From a virus: DNA of 64,000 nucleotides. The notes under the pieces are model-generated. The model saw only the letters and a list, made by a program, of their open reading frames with translations. It was not told the origin of the DNA and made no database searches. A program made the position numbers and the translations under genes. The stretch covers positions 1-64,000 of IMG/VR virus record IMGVR_UViG_3300045988_055634; one strand, given 5' to 3'. Below, one piece after another: positions 24,959 through 35,206 of the stretch (its first letter is position 1; each line of letters starts with the position of its first letter).

Positions 24959-25769
24959 GATAATAGGGCAAGACAAGTTAATTAAGGAAGTTAATAGAAT
25001 ATTTCAGGTATTTGTAAATAGTAATTGCAAGATAAGACCGCACTTTATTCTTACAGGTGAGAGCGGGTCTGGTAAGAGCTTTACTATTAAACAGTTATGT
25101 GATATGAATGAACTTAACTTTCTAGAAGTTAATGCAGCTCAAATAACTAAAGAGGGTATTTCTGGAAATAGTTTAAGCAAAATTCTATCTCCACTTGTTA
25201 ACTATAGTCACACACCTATTGTAGTCTTCGTAGACGAGTTTGATAAACTTTTCATCAACGGAAACACTAATAGCCAACTGGCTAATGAATCTACTGCCAG
25301 TGTACAGAACGAGTTTCTCAAACTTTTAGAGTCTGATACTACTAGTGTTTTTGGCGATTATGGGAAGTACATATCAGTCCCTATTGATAATGTACTATTT
25401 GTGTTTGCTGGAGCATTCAATAATGAGCCTCACATTACATTAGATAGACTAAGAGACTTTGGAGTTAAAACAGAGTTTCTTGGAAGAGTAGGATTAATCT
25501 ACAATACTAAACCTCTCACTCTAGAGGATTTGTATTCTATCTTGGAGTGTTCAGACTTGTTGCAGAATTATCTTGACTTATTCTTTAATGTAAATAGAGA
25601 ACAAGTCATTAGTGATTTGAAAGGGTATCTCGAAAGTTCTTTTCGCAATAATACTCTTGGAGCAAGAACAATTAATACTCTTATTCACCAATACTTTATC
25701 AAAGGTGGAAAACTCGAAACTGAAGAAGTAAAAGAAATAACTTTTAACAAAAAATTAGAATGGAAATAA
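24945..25769 (+). CDS. AAA family ATPase
   Basis: Walker A GESGSGKS, Walker B VVFVDEFDK. Confidence 0.6.
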   Translation: MTMSKIIGQDKLIKEVNRIFQVFVNSNCKIRPHFILTGESGSGKSFTIKQLCDMNELNFLEVNAAQITKEGISGNSLSKILSPLVNYSHTPIVVFVDEFDKLFINGNTNSQLANESTASVQNEFLKLLESDTTSVFGDYGKYISVPIDNVLFVFAGAFNNEPHITLDRLRDFGVKTEFLGRVGLIYNTKPLTLEDLYSILECSDLLQNYLDLFFNVNREQVISDLKGYLESSFRNNTLGARTINTLIHQYFIKGGKLETEEVKEITFNKKLEWK

Positions 25770-27310
25770 TTAATGCTACAGATGGTTACAAGTTGGGCCA
25801 TCACAGAATGTACCCCGAAGGTACTGAACAAGTTTATAGTAACTGGACTCCTAGAAGTAATAAATACTTCCCAGAAGCAACCGAAGGTTCAGTAGTATTT
25901 GGTATTCAATACCTAATCAAAGAATATCTCATTAAACAGTTTGAGAAAAACTTCTTTAATCTACCAAAGAAGGAAGCTGTGGAGATGTTCTATCGTAGAG
26001 TAAACAACTTTGTTGGTATTGAATCCGTTGGGTACAGACATATTGAAGCTTTATATGACCTTGGGTATCTACCAATTCGCATAAAGGCTCTTCCTGAAGG
26101 TTCTGTGTGCCCTATTCGGGTTCCCATGATGACCATTACAAATACTCTACCCGAGTTCTTTTGGTTAACTAACTACTTAGAGACTATTATCAGCTGTACC
26201 TTGTGGATGCCATGCACATCTGCTACTAGAGCTAGGCTTTATAAGAAAGAGCTACATCGTCATGCTTGCAAGACTGGTTTTCCAACAGATGTAAATCTTG
26301 GTTTTTGTTGTCATGATTTCTCAATGCGAGGTATGGCGGGAATGGAAGCCGCAATTATATCTGGTATGGCGCATATGACTTCTTTTGTGGGAAGTGAAAC
26401 TATTCCAGCTATTGCTGCTTTGGAAGAATATTATGGAGCTAATTCAGACGAGGAATTGATTGCTGCTACAGTTCCAGCAACAGAACACTCTGTAATGTGT
26501 GCTGGAGGGGAGGAAGATGAGCTGGGCACTTTCAAACGTCTAATTAATGATTTGTATCCTTCTGGGTTTGTTTCTATTGTATCTGATACTTGGGATTTCT
26601 GGAATGTAATTGAAAATTTCTTGCCCAAGCTGAAGAAAGACATTATGGCTCGTGATGGTAGAGTAGTAATCCGTCCTGATAGTGGAGACCCAGTAGATAT
26701 AATCTGCGGGTTGAGAACTAATCCTCACTTCAATACCAGAATGAAAGAAGGTAAGTATTATTGCTGCTATGCTCCGTTTAACGACGATGCAGAGTATGTT
26801 GAAGTGTCCGAAGGTCAATATTATGGGGCATATTATATGCTTGGTAAAATCTTCGGATGGAATACTACTTCAAAGGATTACCGTTATCCTAGCACTAAGG
26901 TTGGTCTGCTTTATGGAGATTCTATTACTCTGGAACGTCAAAAGCAAATCTACTTGAGATTAGAAAACGCTCATATGGCGGCTTGTAATCTCGTTCTGGG
27001 AGTAGGTTCATATTCCTATCAGTATGCAAGTAGAGATAGTCTTGGGTTTGCTATTAAGGCTACTGCTTGCGTAGTAAATGGCGAATTGAAAGAAATCTTC
27101 AAACATCCTAAAACTGATGATGGTACTAAGAACTCTTTGAAAGGTTTGATTGCTGTCTATAAAGGTCTGGATGGGAAGTATACTGCTACCGACCAGGTCT
27201 CAATCGAGGAGGAAAAAGAGGGATGCTTAGAGACTGTCTTTGAAGATGGTATCTTGAAGAAAGAATATTCTCTTGAAGAAATCAGACAAAGAATTGACCA
27301 TGGACTTTAA
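25760..27310 (+). CDS. nadV: nicotinamide phosphoribosyltransferase (NadV/NAMPT)
   Basis: 516 aa; N-terminal NATDGYKLGHHRMYPEGT and overall length and architecture typical of NAMPT. Confidence 0.8.
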   Translation: MEIINATDGYKLGHHRMYPEGTEQVYSNWTPRSNKYFPEATEGSVVFGIQYLIKEYLIKQFEKNFFNLPKKEAVEMFYRRVNNFVGIESVGYRHIEALYDLGYLPIRIKALPEGSVCPIRVPMMTITNTLPEFFWLTNYLETIISCTLWMPCTSATRARLYKKELHRHACKTGFPTDVNLGFCCHDFSMRGMAGMEAAIISGMAHMTSFVGSETIPAIAALEEYYGANSDEELIAATVPATEHSVMCAGGEEDELGTFKRLINDLYPSGFVSIVSDTWDFWNVIENFLPKLKKDIMARDGRVVIRPDSGDPVDIICGLRTNPHFNTRMKEGKYYCCYAPFNDDAEYVEVSEGQYYGAYYMLGKIFGWNTTSKDYRYPSTKVGLLYGDSITLERQKQIYLRLENAHMAACNLVLGVGSYSYQYASRDSLGFAIKATACVVNGELKEIFKHPKTDDGTKNSLKGLIAVYKGLDGKYTATDQVSIEEEKEGCLETVFEDGILKKEYSLEEIRQRIDHGL

Positions 27311-27737
27311 TCATCCTTTTGGGAAAGAAGCTTGCAAGAAACGACTATTAGAAGAGTATCATAAATACGGAAAGCTAATAGTCGCTTTCGATTTTGATAA
27401 TACTATTTTCGATTACCATAATACTGGCGGAGATTATAGTTGCGTTATAGAACTACTTAAAGAATGCTCACTTCTAGGTTTTGAAATGATTTTATTCACC
27501 ACTGATGAAGATGATTATAAAATTATGGCAAAGCAGACAATTTGTATGCGATTAGGAATAGCAAATATTACTTCTAATACTTTATCTGCTCCAAACATTA
27601 GTAGTTCTATATTCTCTAAATCTAAGAAACCTTATTACAATATCCTCCTAGATGATAGGGCAGGTCTGGAAGAAAGTTATGAAATCTTAAAATATGTAGT
27701 AGATGAAATTAAACTTAATCAACAAGGAAATCAGTGA
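27300..27737 (+). CDS. HAD-superfamily hydrolase
   Basis: DxDxT motif IVAFDFDNTIFDY; located between NadV and the Prs-like gene. Confidence 0.45.
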   Translation: MDFNHPFGKEACKKRLLEEYHKYGKLIVAFDFDNTIFDYHNTGGDYSCVIELLKECSLLGFEMILFTTDEDDYKIMAKQTICMRLGIANITSNTLSAPNISSSIFSKSKKPYYNILLDDRAGLEESYEILKYVVDEIKLNQQGNQ

Positions 27738-28512
27738 AATTAAGTACGATGTTACTAGATTTCCTGATGGAGAGCCTCAGTTTTTCCTTACTGAGGAATT
27801 AAACAGAAAGGAATCTATTGATGTCATTTGTAGAATATCTAATACTGAGGATTTATTCCTCTTAGTGCAAGTAGGAGATATTTTAGATAGACAAGAAGTA
27901 GAATGGGATTTACACATTACTTATTTAATGTCTATGCGTATGGATAGAGTAATGAGTTTTAATCGTCCATTCTCCTTGAAAGTAGTATGTAATATGTTAA
28001 ATAGCTTAGGCTATAGAAACATATATGTTCTTGAGGCACATTCTAGTAGAACTTTTCATCTTCTTGGTGACAGATGTTTACCTTGGGAATTTGGACACCA
28101 CTCTTGGATTCCAGCCCAAAGTAATATCGTGTTCCCAGACCATGGGGCGAAGGACAGATATGGAAGTAACTATTCTCACTATGGTTATTTAGTCTTCAAA
28201 AAGGAAAGAAATCTAGAGACTGGAAGAATTGAGTCCTTTGAAATAGAGGAGTCTAAGAATTGCTACTATTCTACATTTGTGTTCATTGATGACTTGTGTG
28301 ATGCCGGAGGAACTTTCCTAGGAGAGCTTAAGGTTCTCAAAGAGAGATATCCAAATAGCAAGTTTATCATAATCGTATGTCACGCAGTTAATGATAAAGG
28401 TCTGATTAATATGTGTAATAATTTTGACCAGGTTATTGTATCTAATTCTCATAGGGATATTAATTATCGTCCCAGCAACGAGAACTTAACTGTAATAGAC
28501 GTTTGTAAATAA
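27703..28512 (+). CDS. ribose-phosphate pyrophosphokinase-like protein (Prs family)
   Basis: RFPDGE N-terminal motif and PRPP-binding loop VFIDDLCDAGGTF. Confidence 0.6.
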   Translation: MKLNLINKEISEIKYDVTRFPDGEPQFFLTEELNRKESIDVICRISNTEDLFLLVQVGDILDRQEVEWDLHITYLMSMRMDRVMSFNRPFSLKVVCNMLNSLGYRNIYVLEAHSSRTFHLLGDRCLPWEFGHHSWIPAQSNIVFPDHGAKDRYGSNYSHYGYLVFKKERNLETGRIESFEIEESKNCYYSTFVFIDDLCDAGGTFLGELKVLKERYPNSKFIIIVCHAVNDKGLINMCNNFDQVIVSNSHRDINYRPSNENLTVIDVCK

Positions 28513-28522
28513 CAAAATAAAA

Positions 28523-28825
28523 ATGGTAATTGAAGGTCCTTTTTACAGACTTACTCCCATTAGTGAATCTTCTCCGAGGTTTGACTTGGAATTGTTGTAT
28601 GATATTGGTGGGAAAAATCCGAGAAAAGAATTTAAAGTGGAAGGCTATGGCTATCCCCTAGAAGCTGCTATAGAGCGATGTCGCCATTATGCAGTAAGAA
28701 AAAAGTTCGGAAAAGATGAAGTTATAACTTTAGGTAGGTACTTAGATGAGTTTAAAAAGGCAAAGGAGGAAATTAAACTCGAAGTCTCAGGAGATTCAGG
28801 AGATTCTAGCGGAGAGGCTGAATAA
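28523..28825 (+). CDS. hypothetical protein
   Basis: 100 aa ORF. Confidence 0.35.
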   Translation: MVIEGPFYRLTPISESSPRFDLELLYDIGGKNPRKEFKVEGYGYPLEAAIERCRHYAVRKKFGKDEVITLGRYLDEFKKAKEEIKLEVSGDSGDSSGEAE

Positions 28826-29219
28826 GCTTTGTAGATTCTTAGATGAGGAATATGACGTTAATTGTGGAGGGTGTTGCTATATAGCATACTGTCTAGCTAG
28901 GCTACTAAGTAGAGATAAATTCAAGTTCAAAGTCATTATTTACGAGGATTATGAACTAGAAGAAAAGTTTAGCGAAGTAGCGAGAAGTCATTATCATTAT
29001 GCGATTTCTATTGGAAAGTACACCATAAACGCAGCAGATTGTGATGATGACGATAGCTTTTGCAGAAATGTGTATACTGGCGTAAAAGCTTCCGAACTAC
29101 TATCTCACTATCAGAAATGTAGCTGGAATGACTGTTATAATACTCAAAAGAATCAATTCATTTTTAAGACTATAAAGGTGTTTTATGACGACCTCACGGA
29201 GGACTTACGAGAAGGATAA
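28746..29219 (+). CDS. hypothetical Cys-rich protein
   Basis: 157 aa ORF overlapping the previous one in another frame; true start uncertain. Confidence 0.35.
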   Translation: MSLKRQRRKLNSKSQEIQEILAERLNKLCRFLDEEYDVNCGGCCYIAYCLARLLSRDKFKFKVIIYEDYELEEKFSEVARSHYHYAISIGKYTINAADCDDDDSFCRNVYTGVKASELLSHYQKCSWNDCYNTQKNQFIFKTIKVFYDDLTEDLREG

Positions 29220-29469
29220 ACAAATTGTGCATACGCACGATAAGTTTATCTACTGTAGTTCAGTATATCAAATATGGAGCTGGGGAGCTGCTCTAATGGA
29301 AGAAAAATACTACTCTTCTAATAAACCTATTGTATTGAAAAAGAATCAACTATGTTGTAAGAGGAAGAAGTACTCTTTGCATAGATTCTTTGAATTACAA
29401 TTTGCTCCCGAAGAATATTTAATTAATAACGGTTTTAAAATTGTAGAAAATGAAACAGGATGTGATTGA
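29185..29469 (+). CDS. hypothetical protein
   Basis: 94 aa ORF. Confidence 0.35.
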   Translation: MTTSRRTYEKDKQIVHTHDKFIYCSSVYQIWSWGAALMEEKYYSSNKPIVLKKNQLCCKRKKYSLHRFFELQFAPEEYLINNGFKIVENETGCD

Positions 29470-30034
29470 GTACATGGTAGACTCATTTGTAGACTTTAAG
29501 GGTGAAGAACGTAAAATTGTAGCTTGTGCTTTAAGTCAGGCTGCTGAAGTAAGTGAGGATGATTGTGTCTTAGCAGTAGGTTGGGTAGCTCCCGATGAAT
29601 ACATATGCACAAATGATCCGGACTATGCTAGAATCTGTAGAGTAGTAACCGTTGGTATTGCAGTATGTAATCCTAGTGATACCTTCGATTTGGCTAAGGG
29701 ACAGAAGAAGGCTTACGATAAGGCTCTTCATGATCCAAAGTGTCCAGCTATTTATACTACATCTAGAGGTGTAGCAGGTAAAGTGCTGGTAAAAGCATTC
29801 TTGGAACAGGAGCTTACTTTCTTGAAAGAAAATCCAGAGCGTATCATTAAGGGGTATAACCAAATGAAAGCTCGATTCGAAAGAAAAGAAGCCCTCAAGA
29901 ACGAAATCAAAAATCTCTCTGATAAAGAGAAGCAAGCTTTGAATCTAGCTAAAGAAGGTATAGATGTAGTTAAATGCGCTGAACTGGTAACTAAAGCCAA
30001 GGCAATAGGCGTTGAGCTAAATGAACAGGACTAA
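29450..30034 (+). CDS. hypothetical protein
   Basis: 194 aa ORF. Confidence 0.45.
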   Translation: MKQDVIEYMVDSFVDFKGEERKIVACALSQAAEVSEDDCVLAVGWVAPDEYICTNDPDYARICRVVTVGIAVCNPSDTFDLAKGQKKAYDKALHDPKCPAIYTTSRGVAGKVLVKAFLEQELTFLKENPERIIKGYNQMKARFERKEALKNEIKNLSDKEKQALNLAKEGIDVVKCAELVTKAKAIGVELNEQD

Positions 30035-30326
30035 GTTTTGCTATATCTTAATAGCCTTGATGGGATTGCTAATTATTTATTTGCTAATACCTAAGAAGGA
30101 AACCGCAGTTTCTCCGCCTAATGTGCAGGAAATAGTAAGGGATTCTATAATTAGAGATAGCATCTATATAGTTAACGATTCCATCGTGGAGAAAATTAAG
30201 TATATAGACAAAGAGTATGATGAGAAAGTATCTACTATTATGTCTAGTTCTGATAGCATCAATTTGTGCTTTTTCTCAGAATACATCGACCGTTACAATA
30301 ACCAGCGAGCAACTAAAAACAACTAA
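30021..30326 (+). CDS. membrane-anchored protein
   Basis: N-terminal TM ILIALMGLLIIYLLI. Confidence 0.4.
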   Translation: MNRTKFCYILIALMGLLIIYLLIPKKETAVSPPNVQEIVRDSIIRDSIYIVNDSIVEKIKYIDKEYDEKVSTIMSSSDSINLCFFSEYIDRYNNQRATKNN

Positions 30327-30591
30327 TCTGATATTTGCCGAGCATCAGAAGTTGTCTGAAACTGTTCCGTTATTGAATAAGCGAATAACTAATCTAGAAC
30401 TAATAAATAAGAGTTGGGAAAAAACGGATTCTCTTCGTAGAGTTCAGTTACTGTATTATGGAAACATAATTGAAGATAAAAATAGATCTATTGAAGGTCT
30501 TAATAAGTCTTTAAAAAAGAAGCAGAATGTCATTAAATATGGCGCTGCTGGTTCATGTGTATTAATATTATTATGCCTATTACTGAAGTAA
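30217..30591 (+). CDS. secreted or membrane protein
   Basis: Signal peptide plus C-terminal hydrophobic segment; overlaps upstream ORF. Confidence 0.35.
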   Translation: MMRKYLLLCLVLIASICAFSQNTSTVTITSEQLKTTNLIFAEHQKLSETVPLLNKRITNLELINKSWEKTDSLRRVQLLYYGNIIEDKNRSIEGLNKSLKKKQNVIKYGAAGSCVLILLCLLLK

Positions 30592-30764
30592 TGTTTAAGG
30601 ACAAAGATGGTTTTCACTACAAACATCCTGAACGTAGCTGCACTAGGTGTAAGAATTACCCTTGCTTGCCCAACATGGATAAGCTGCAAGGAGACTTCGC
30701 TTCTTATGGTTGTAGGAAGTTCGAGGATATTAATACATTTGAAGTGTGGAAACCAAAGAAGTAA
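30555..30764 (+). CDS. small Cys-rich protein
   Basis: 69 aa, CTRCKNYPC...C. Confidence 0.35.
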   Translation: MCINIIMPITEVMFKDKDGFHYKHPERSCTRCKNYPCLPNMDKLQGDFASYGCRKFEDINTFEVWKPKK

Positions 30765-31069
30765 CTTACCATGTCAAATTTGTTGCTGAATGTGAGGACG
30801 GGATGGGATACGCTAATTATGTCTTTGAAAGGCTAGAATATGATAATCTAGATTACAAGGATATAATGTGTGTTCGATTCCCGAATTGGAACCAGTGTTC
30901 TATGAAATTAGGAGATGTCGGCTATGTTTCACTAAGATACGTAGAAGAAGGCATCGATAAATGGTACGATGGTAAAGATTTTGTTCCATACAAGGATAGT
31001 AATATAATTTTCTTGAAATTTATTCATGAAAAGCCTATCATTGAAGATGGACAAATATTATTAGATTAA
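30746..31069 (+). CDS. hypothetical protein
   Basis: 107 aa ORF. Confidence 0.4.
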   Translation: METKEVTYHVKFVAECEDGMGYANYVFERLEYDNLDYKDIMCVRFPNWNQCSMKLGDVGYVSLRYVEEGIDKWYDGKDFVPYKDSNIIFLKFIHEKPIIEDGQILLD

Positions 31070-31114
31070 CATTAAAAAGGAGATAAACTATGAAGTATTT
31101 TTAAAGAATAATTT

Positions 31115-31978
31115 ATGACTGTATTAGGAGATAAGCTGAGAGAGGCTTTGAGCGATAAAGCAAACGACGTTAATAGCTATGTATGGAAAGGACCTAAGGT
31201 AAATGGGGTCCAGGAGGAAATTAAATTGGTAGACGCAGGTTATGACCAGCTGAGACGATTCTACAATCATTGTGAACAAATGTTGTACAACTCTGATACC
31301 AAGAATCCGGGTCGTGTAACATTACTCGGAATTGTGTCCGACCAAATACAAAGATGTCGTGCAGAGCTTCTTATTAGATGGCTTAGAGCTGAAAAGCAAT
31401 ACACAAACACACGTTGTTTGGAAGACTTGAAAGCTGTTATCAAAAACAATAAGGAAGTGTTAACTAATGAGGCTATTAAGGTCTATCCAATTGGAGAGAT
31501 TCTTAATGGAATCCCTGTAGAGTTTAGAGAAGTACCAGTAAGTTTAGTTATGGATGCTTGTTTAGATTCCTTGGGATTGTTTGACAACTCTCATTTGACG
31601 CTTAACTTCATTGTAAAAATGGGACTGTGGTTTACACAGCAAGAAATGCAGAAAGACTTGTATCGTAAAGACCCAGTGACAGGTAAAGCTGTTAACAGAC
31701 TGTTAGTAGTAAGTAAGGAACTTCGTTTGAATCCTTCTATAGCTCTGAAAATCTGTGATACTGGATTAAGTTATGCTGAGTTTAGATCTATGTGTAGATT
31801 GAAACGAGATAAATATGCTAACTTAACTAGTGATCAGCTCAGACTGCTATCAAACAAAGTTCTTTATCGCTTCCAAAATCAATGCGAGAACCAGGCTAAA
31901 CAATGGAAGGATAAGATGGAAGAAATCAAGAAAGTTGCAGAACTTAAAGGATGGGACATCACTAGGAATATAGATTGA
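31115..31978 (+). CDS. hypothetical protein
   Basis: 287 aa ORF. Confidence 0.45.
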   Translation: MTVLGDKLREALSDKANDVNSYVWKGPKVNGVQEEIKLVDAGYDQLRRFYNHCEQMLYNSDTKNPGRVTLLGIVSDQIQRCRAELLIRWLRAEKQYTNTRCLEDLKAVIKNNKEVLTNEAIKVYPIGEILNGIPVEFREVPVSLVMDACLDSLGLFDNSHLTLNFIVKMGLWFTQQEMQKDLYRKDPVTGKAVNRLLVVSKELRLNPSIALKICDTGLSYAEFRSMCRLKRDKYANLTSDQLRLLSNKVLYRFQNQCENQAKQWKDKMEEIKKVAELKGWDITRNID

Positions 31979-33252
31979 TGAAAGACCTCTTTACTCCTGT
32001 TACTCGTGATGAGCGACAGGAGCAATGTAAGAGAGCCTGGTTATTACATAAAGGAAGAGGCACCATAGAAGCCTGTACAGGCTTTGGTAAAACACGATGT
32101 GCTATTAATTGTTTAAAGGCTGTTCTATCTAAATATCCTACTATTAGAGCATTGGTAGTAGTCCCCACGGAACTTTTAAAGAACCAGTGGATAGATATAT
32201 TAGATAAGGAAGGTCTAGGGTTAAATACAGAGGTGCAAGTTGTAAATACTACAGCAAAGAATGGATACGAATGTGACTTTTTAATCATTGATGAAATCCA
32301 TAGAACTGCTGCTGAGACTTTACAATTTGTATTTAGTAAGGTTAAATACAAGTTAATTCTTGGGCTAACTGCTACTCTGGAAAGACTTGACGGTAGACAT
32401 ACTATAGTCGAGAAATATTGCCCTGTAGTTGATAGTGTAACTATTGAAGTAGCCAAAGCCAATGGTTGGGTATCTGATTTTACTGAATATCAAGTAATTA
32501 TCACAGCAGAAGACATCGAAAGCTATCGAGAGCAAAATAGGGAATTTATAAGACATTTTGAATTCTTTAACTTTGATTTTGGACTCGCAATGAGTATGGT
32601 TGGTAAAGACGGCCTCAGAAATAGGCTTAATTACAGAAACCAGATTTGTAGTAGTTCGGATAAAGCTGAGCTGTCTAATGCTTTGAAGCAGATTACCTTT
32701 CATTCTACAGCTTTTATGAGAGCTTTACAAGCTAGAAAAAAGTTTATCCATAATCATCCGGCTAAATTAGAAGTAGCTAGGGAGATTATTGCTCACAGAG
32801 CAGACAAGAAAATTATTACATTCTCTGCTAACACTGCAATGGCAGAGAAGATAGGAGTAGGATATGTTTACACTGGCAAAGAAAGTAAAAAACAAAACAG
32901 AATTACACTTGAGGAGTTCGCCCTACTAGACAAGGGCGTGATTAATAGCTGTAAATTGGCTATTGAAGGTTTTGATTGTCCCGGTCTATCGGTCGGGATA
33001 ATGCTTGGAGTTGACTCTAGTAGCACAAAAAGCACTCAAGCCGCTGGTAGGGTCATTAGAAAAGAAGGTTCTAAATACTCTGAAATATTCACATTAGTGC
33101 TAGAAGATACCGTTGAACAAGAATGGTTTAAGAAGTCTCATCAAAAGAGCGAGTATGTTACTATTGATGTAGATAACTTACGAAAGTTACTTAATGGAGA
33201 GCCTTGGGAACCTTACAAGAAAAAATTGCAGAATTTTACCTATCGTTTTTAA
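31975..33252 (+). CDS. superfamily-2 DEAD/DEAH-box helicase
   Basis: Walker A TGFGKTR, DEIH box FLIIDEIHR, C-terminal helicase domain. Confidence 0.7.
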   Translation: MMKDLFTPVTRDERQEQCKRAWLLHKGRGTIEACTGFGKTRCAINCLKAVLSKYPTIRALVVVPTELLKNQWIDILDKEGLGLNTEVQVVNTTAKNGYECDFLIIDEIHRTAAETLQFVFSKVKYKLILGLTATLERLDGRHTIVEKYCPVVDSVTIEVAKANGWVSDFTEYQVIITAEDIESYREQNREFIRHFEFFNFDFGLAMSMVGKDGLRNRLNYRNQICSSSDKAELSNALKQITFHSTAFMRALQARKKFIHNHPAKLEVAREIIAHRADKKIITFSANTAMAEKIGVGYVYTGKESKKQNRITLEEFALLDKGVINSCKLAIEGFDCPGLSVGIMLGVDSSSTKSTQAAGRVIRKEGSKYSEIFTLVLEDTVEQEWFKKSHQKSEYVTIDVDNLRKLLNGEPWEPYKKKLQNFTYRF

Positions 33253-33422
33253 TTATGGAAACTTATTACACTAAAAAAGAGTTTAATGAGATGAAGTCTG
33301 CTTTGACTAAGAAGTGCAAAGCATTGGAAACTAAAGTTAGTAAGCTTACCGCTGAATTGAAGGAATTAAAGAAGGACTATGCAGTACTTCTTGAAACTGC
33401 CAGCGAAAAAGTTGAGGACTAA
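33204..33422 (+). CDS. small coiled-coil protein
   Basis: 72 aa ORF. Confidence 0.35.
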   Translation: MGTLQEKIAEFYLSFLIMETYYTKKEFNEMKSALTKKCKALETKVSKLTAELKELKKDYAVLLETASEKVED

Positions 33423-33509
33423 AGTTTATCACGTAACCAAGTTTTAACGCTTTAACAAGTAAACTAGACTTGGTGTATAGATTAGTAGAAAATCTATTAA
33501 TTTGTACAC

Positions 33510-34115
33510 GTGAAAAATCTTGAACTGAAACAGCAACTTTTGTTTTGTGAAAAATATAGCATAAACCCAAGTGAGCTGTTGTTGTTAGAAATTCTTCTTA
33601 TCGCCCAAGAGGGTGATGAACCCGAAATTGTCCACGAGTATTTCTCTTCTAGAGTATGCGCTCGTGGTTTTACAATAGAACTATTAACTGGACTTCGCGA
33701 TGCTGGAGTTATTCATAAATCCTATAAGATTCCTGAGAAAGGGTCTGTATTTAACCCACTAGATGTTCCTCTAAATAAGTTAGTTGTGAAAGACTTTTAT
33801 AAGTGTTCATTCGACTTAGGTAAGGAATTGTGGGATACTTATCCATTATTTGGAATAGTTAATAATACACAAGTGGGTCTGAAAAGCGTATCTAAGAAAT
33901 TTGATACAATTGAAGACTTCTATAGGTTTTATGGTAAAACTATCAGATGGAAGCCAGAAACTCATAACCATATTATAGAGTTAGTTAAGTGGGCTAATGA
34001 ACACAATATATTGTGTACCACAATAGCTAATTTTGTAATAGACCATAAGTGGGAAGAACTAGAGGCATTAAAGAATGAAGGCGGAGTTAATTATGATTCT
34101 ATGAGATTACTATGA
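33510..34115 (+). CDS. hypothetical protein
   Basis: 201 aa ORF. Confidence 0.45.
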   Translation: MKNLELKQQLLFCEKYSINPSELLLLEILLIAQEGDEPEIVHEYFSSRVCARGFTIELLTGLRDAGVIHKSYKIPEKGSVFNPLDVPLNKLVVKDFYKCSFDLGKELWDTYPLFGIVNNTQVGLKSVSKKFDTIEDFYRFYGKTIRWKPETHNHIIELVKWANEHNILCTTIANFVIDHKWEELEALKNEGGVNYDSMRLL

Positions 34116-35206
34116 TTTCTGATAAACTTCTCAATGAAATTGATAGAGGTAGACAGGGACTAAATCATGGTATTTCTATGAAACTTCCTAAGCTAGAGAG
34201 TATTATTGATGGAGTTACTAGGGAAACCTATACTTTAATTCTATCAAACTCTGGTGCAGGTAAGACTTCGTTTGCCTTATATGCTTATGTATATCGACCA
34301 CTAATGGAACATCTTGATGATGATGATTTTAAGGTATTGTATTTCAGTCTTGAAATGGGAGAAGTAGCTTTGTATATTAAGCTGTTATCCATATATATAT
34401 TTGAGACCTATGGAATCCAACTATCTTTTAAGAAGATATTGTCAAGAGAAAAAGAATATATTTTATCTGATGAGCATTATGACTTAGTTAAGCAATGTAT
34501 GCCTTGGATAGATAAGATTAGTAAGAAGTTAGAAATCTATGACAAGAAGGTAACTCCGAAGAAGGTATATGCCATCTTGAAAACTAGGTTGGAGGAAATG
34601 GGAACCTTTTCTGAAAGTGAAACCCGCCTCGTCTATACTCCAAATAATCCTAATCTTATTTATAATGTAGTTGTAGACCATATTGGTCTTGTTGGTACAA
34701 AGCCTGATATTGATTTGTTGTCTAGCTATCTTCTTTTTCTTAGAGATAAGTGTTTTATTAGTCCTGTAGTAATACAGCAAGCTAATAGAGAGCAAGGAAA
34801 TATTGAGAGGTTTAAACAAGGCAAAAGTGCATTTACTATTCACGATGCTAAGGATTCAGGTAATACTGTGCAAGATTGTAATATCATGATTGCATTGTAT
34901 AATCCTCACAGAGATGGATTGAAGACTTATAAACATTACAATATTGAGTATCTAGGCTCTTATTATAGGAGTATTATGGTACTTAAGAACCGATATGGGG
35001 ATTGCGATGTTGAGGTTGGAGTAAACTTCTTTGGATGGATTAATATGTTCTACGAGCTGCCGAAGCCCGATGAAATTTATGATTATGAGAGATATACAAG
35101 TCCAAACTATATATTAGAAGATAATAGTTCTATTGTAGAACAGGAGCTAGATGATATTACAGAATTAGATAATTCAAATTCGAATTTTAATTTTGCATTA
35201 GAATAA
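34112..35206 (+). CDS. DnaB-like replicative helicase (RecA-fold C-terminal domain)
   Basis: Walker A SNSGAGKTSFAL, Walker B region VVVDHIGLV; helicase placement next to primase and annealing genes. Confidence 0.6.
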   Translation: MISDKLLNEIDRGRQGLNHGISMKLPKLESIIDGVTRETYTLILSNSGAGKTSFALYAYVYRPLMEHLDDDDFKVLYFSLEMGEVALYIKLLSIYIFETYGIQLSFKKILSREKEYILSDEHYDLVKQCMPWIDKISKKLEIYDKKVTPKKVYAILKTRLEEMGTFSESETRLVYTPNNPNLIYNVVVDHIGLVGTKPDIDLLSSYLLFLRDKCFISPVVIQQANREQGNIERFKQGKSAFTIHDAKDSGNTVQDCNIMIALYNPHRDGLKTYKHYNIEYLGSYYRSIMVLKNRYGDCDVEVGVNFFGWINMFYELPKPDEIYDYERYTSPNYILEDNSSIVEQELDDITELDNSNSNFNFALE

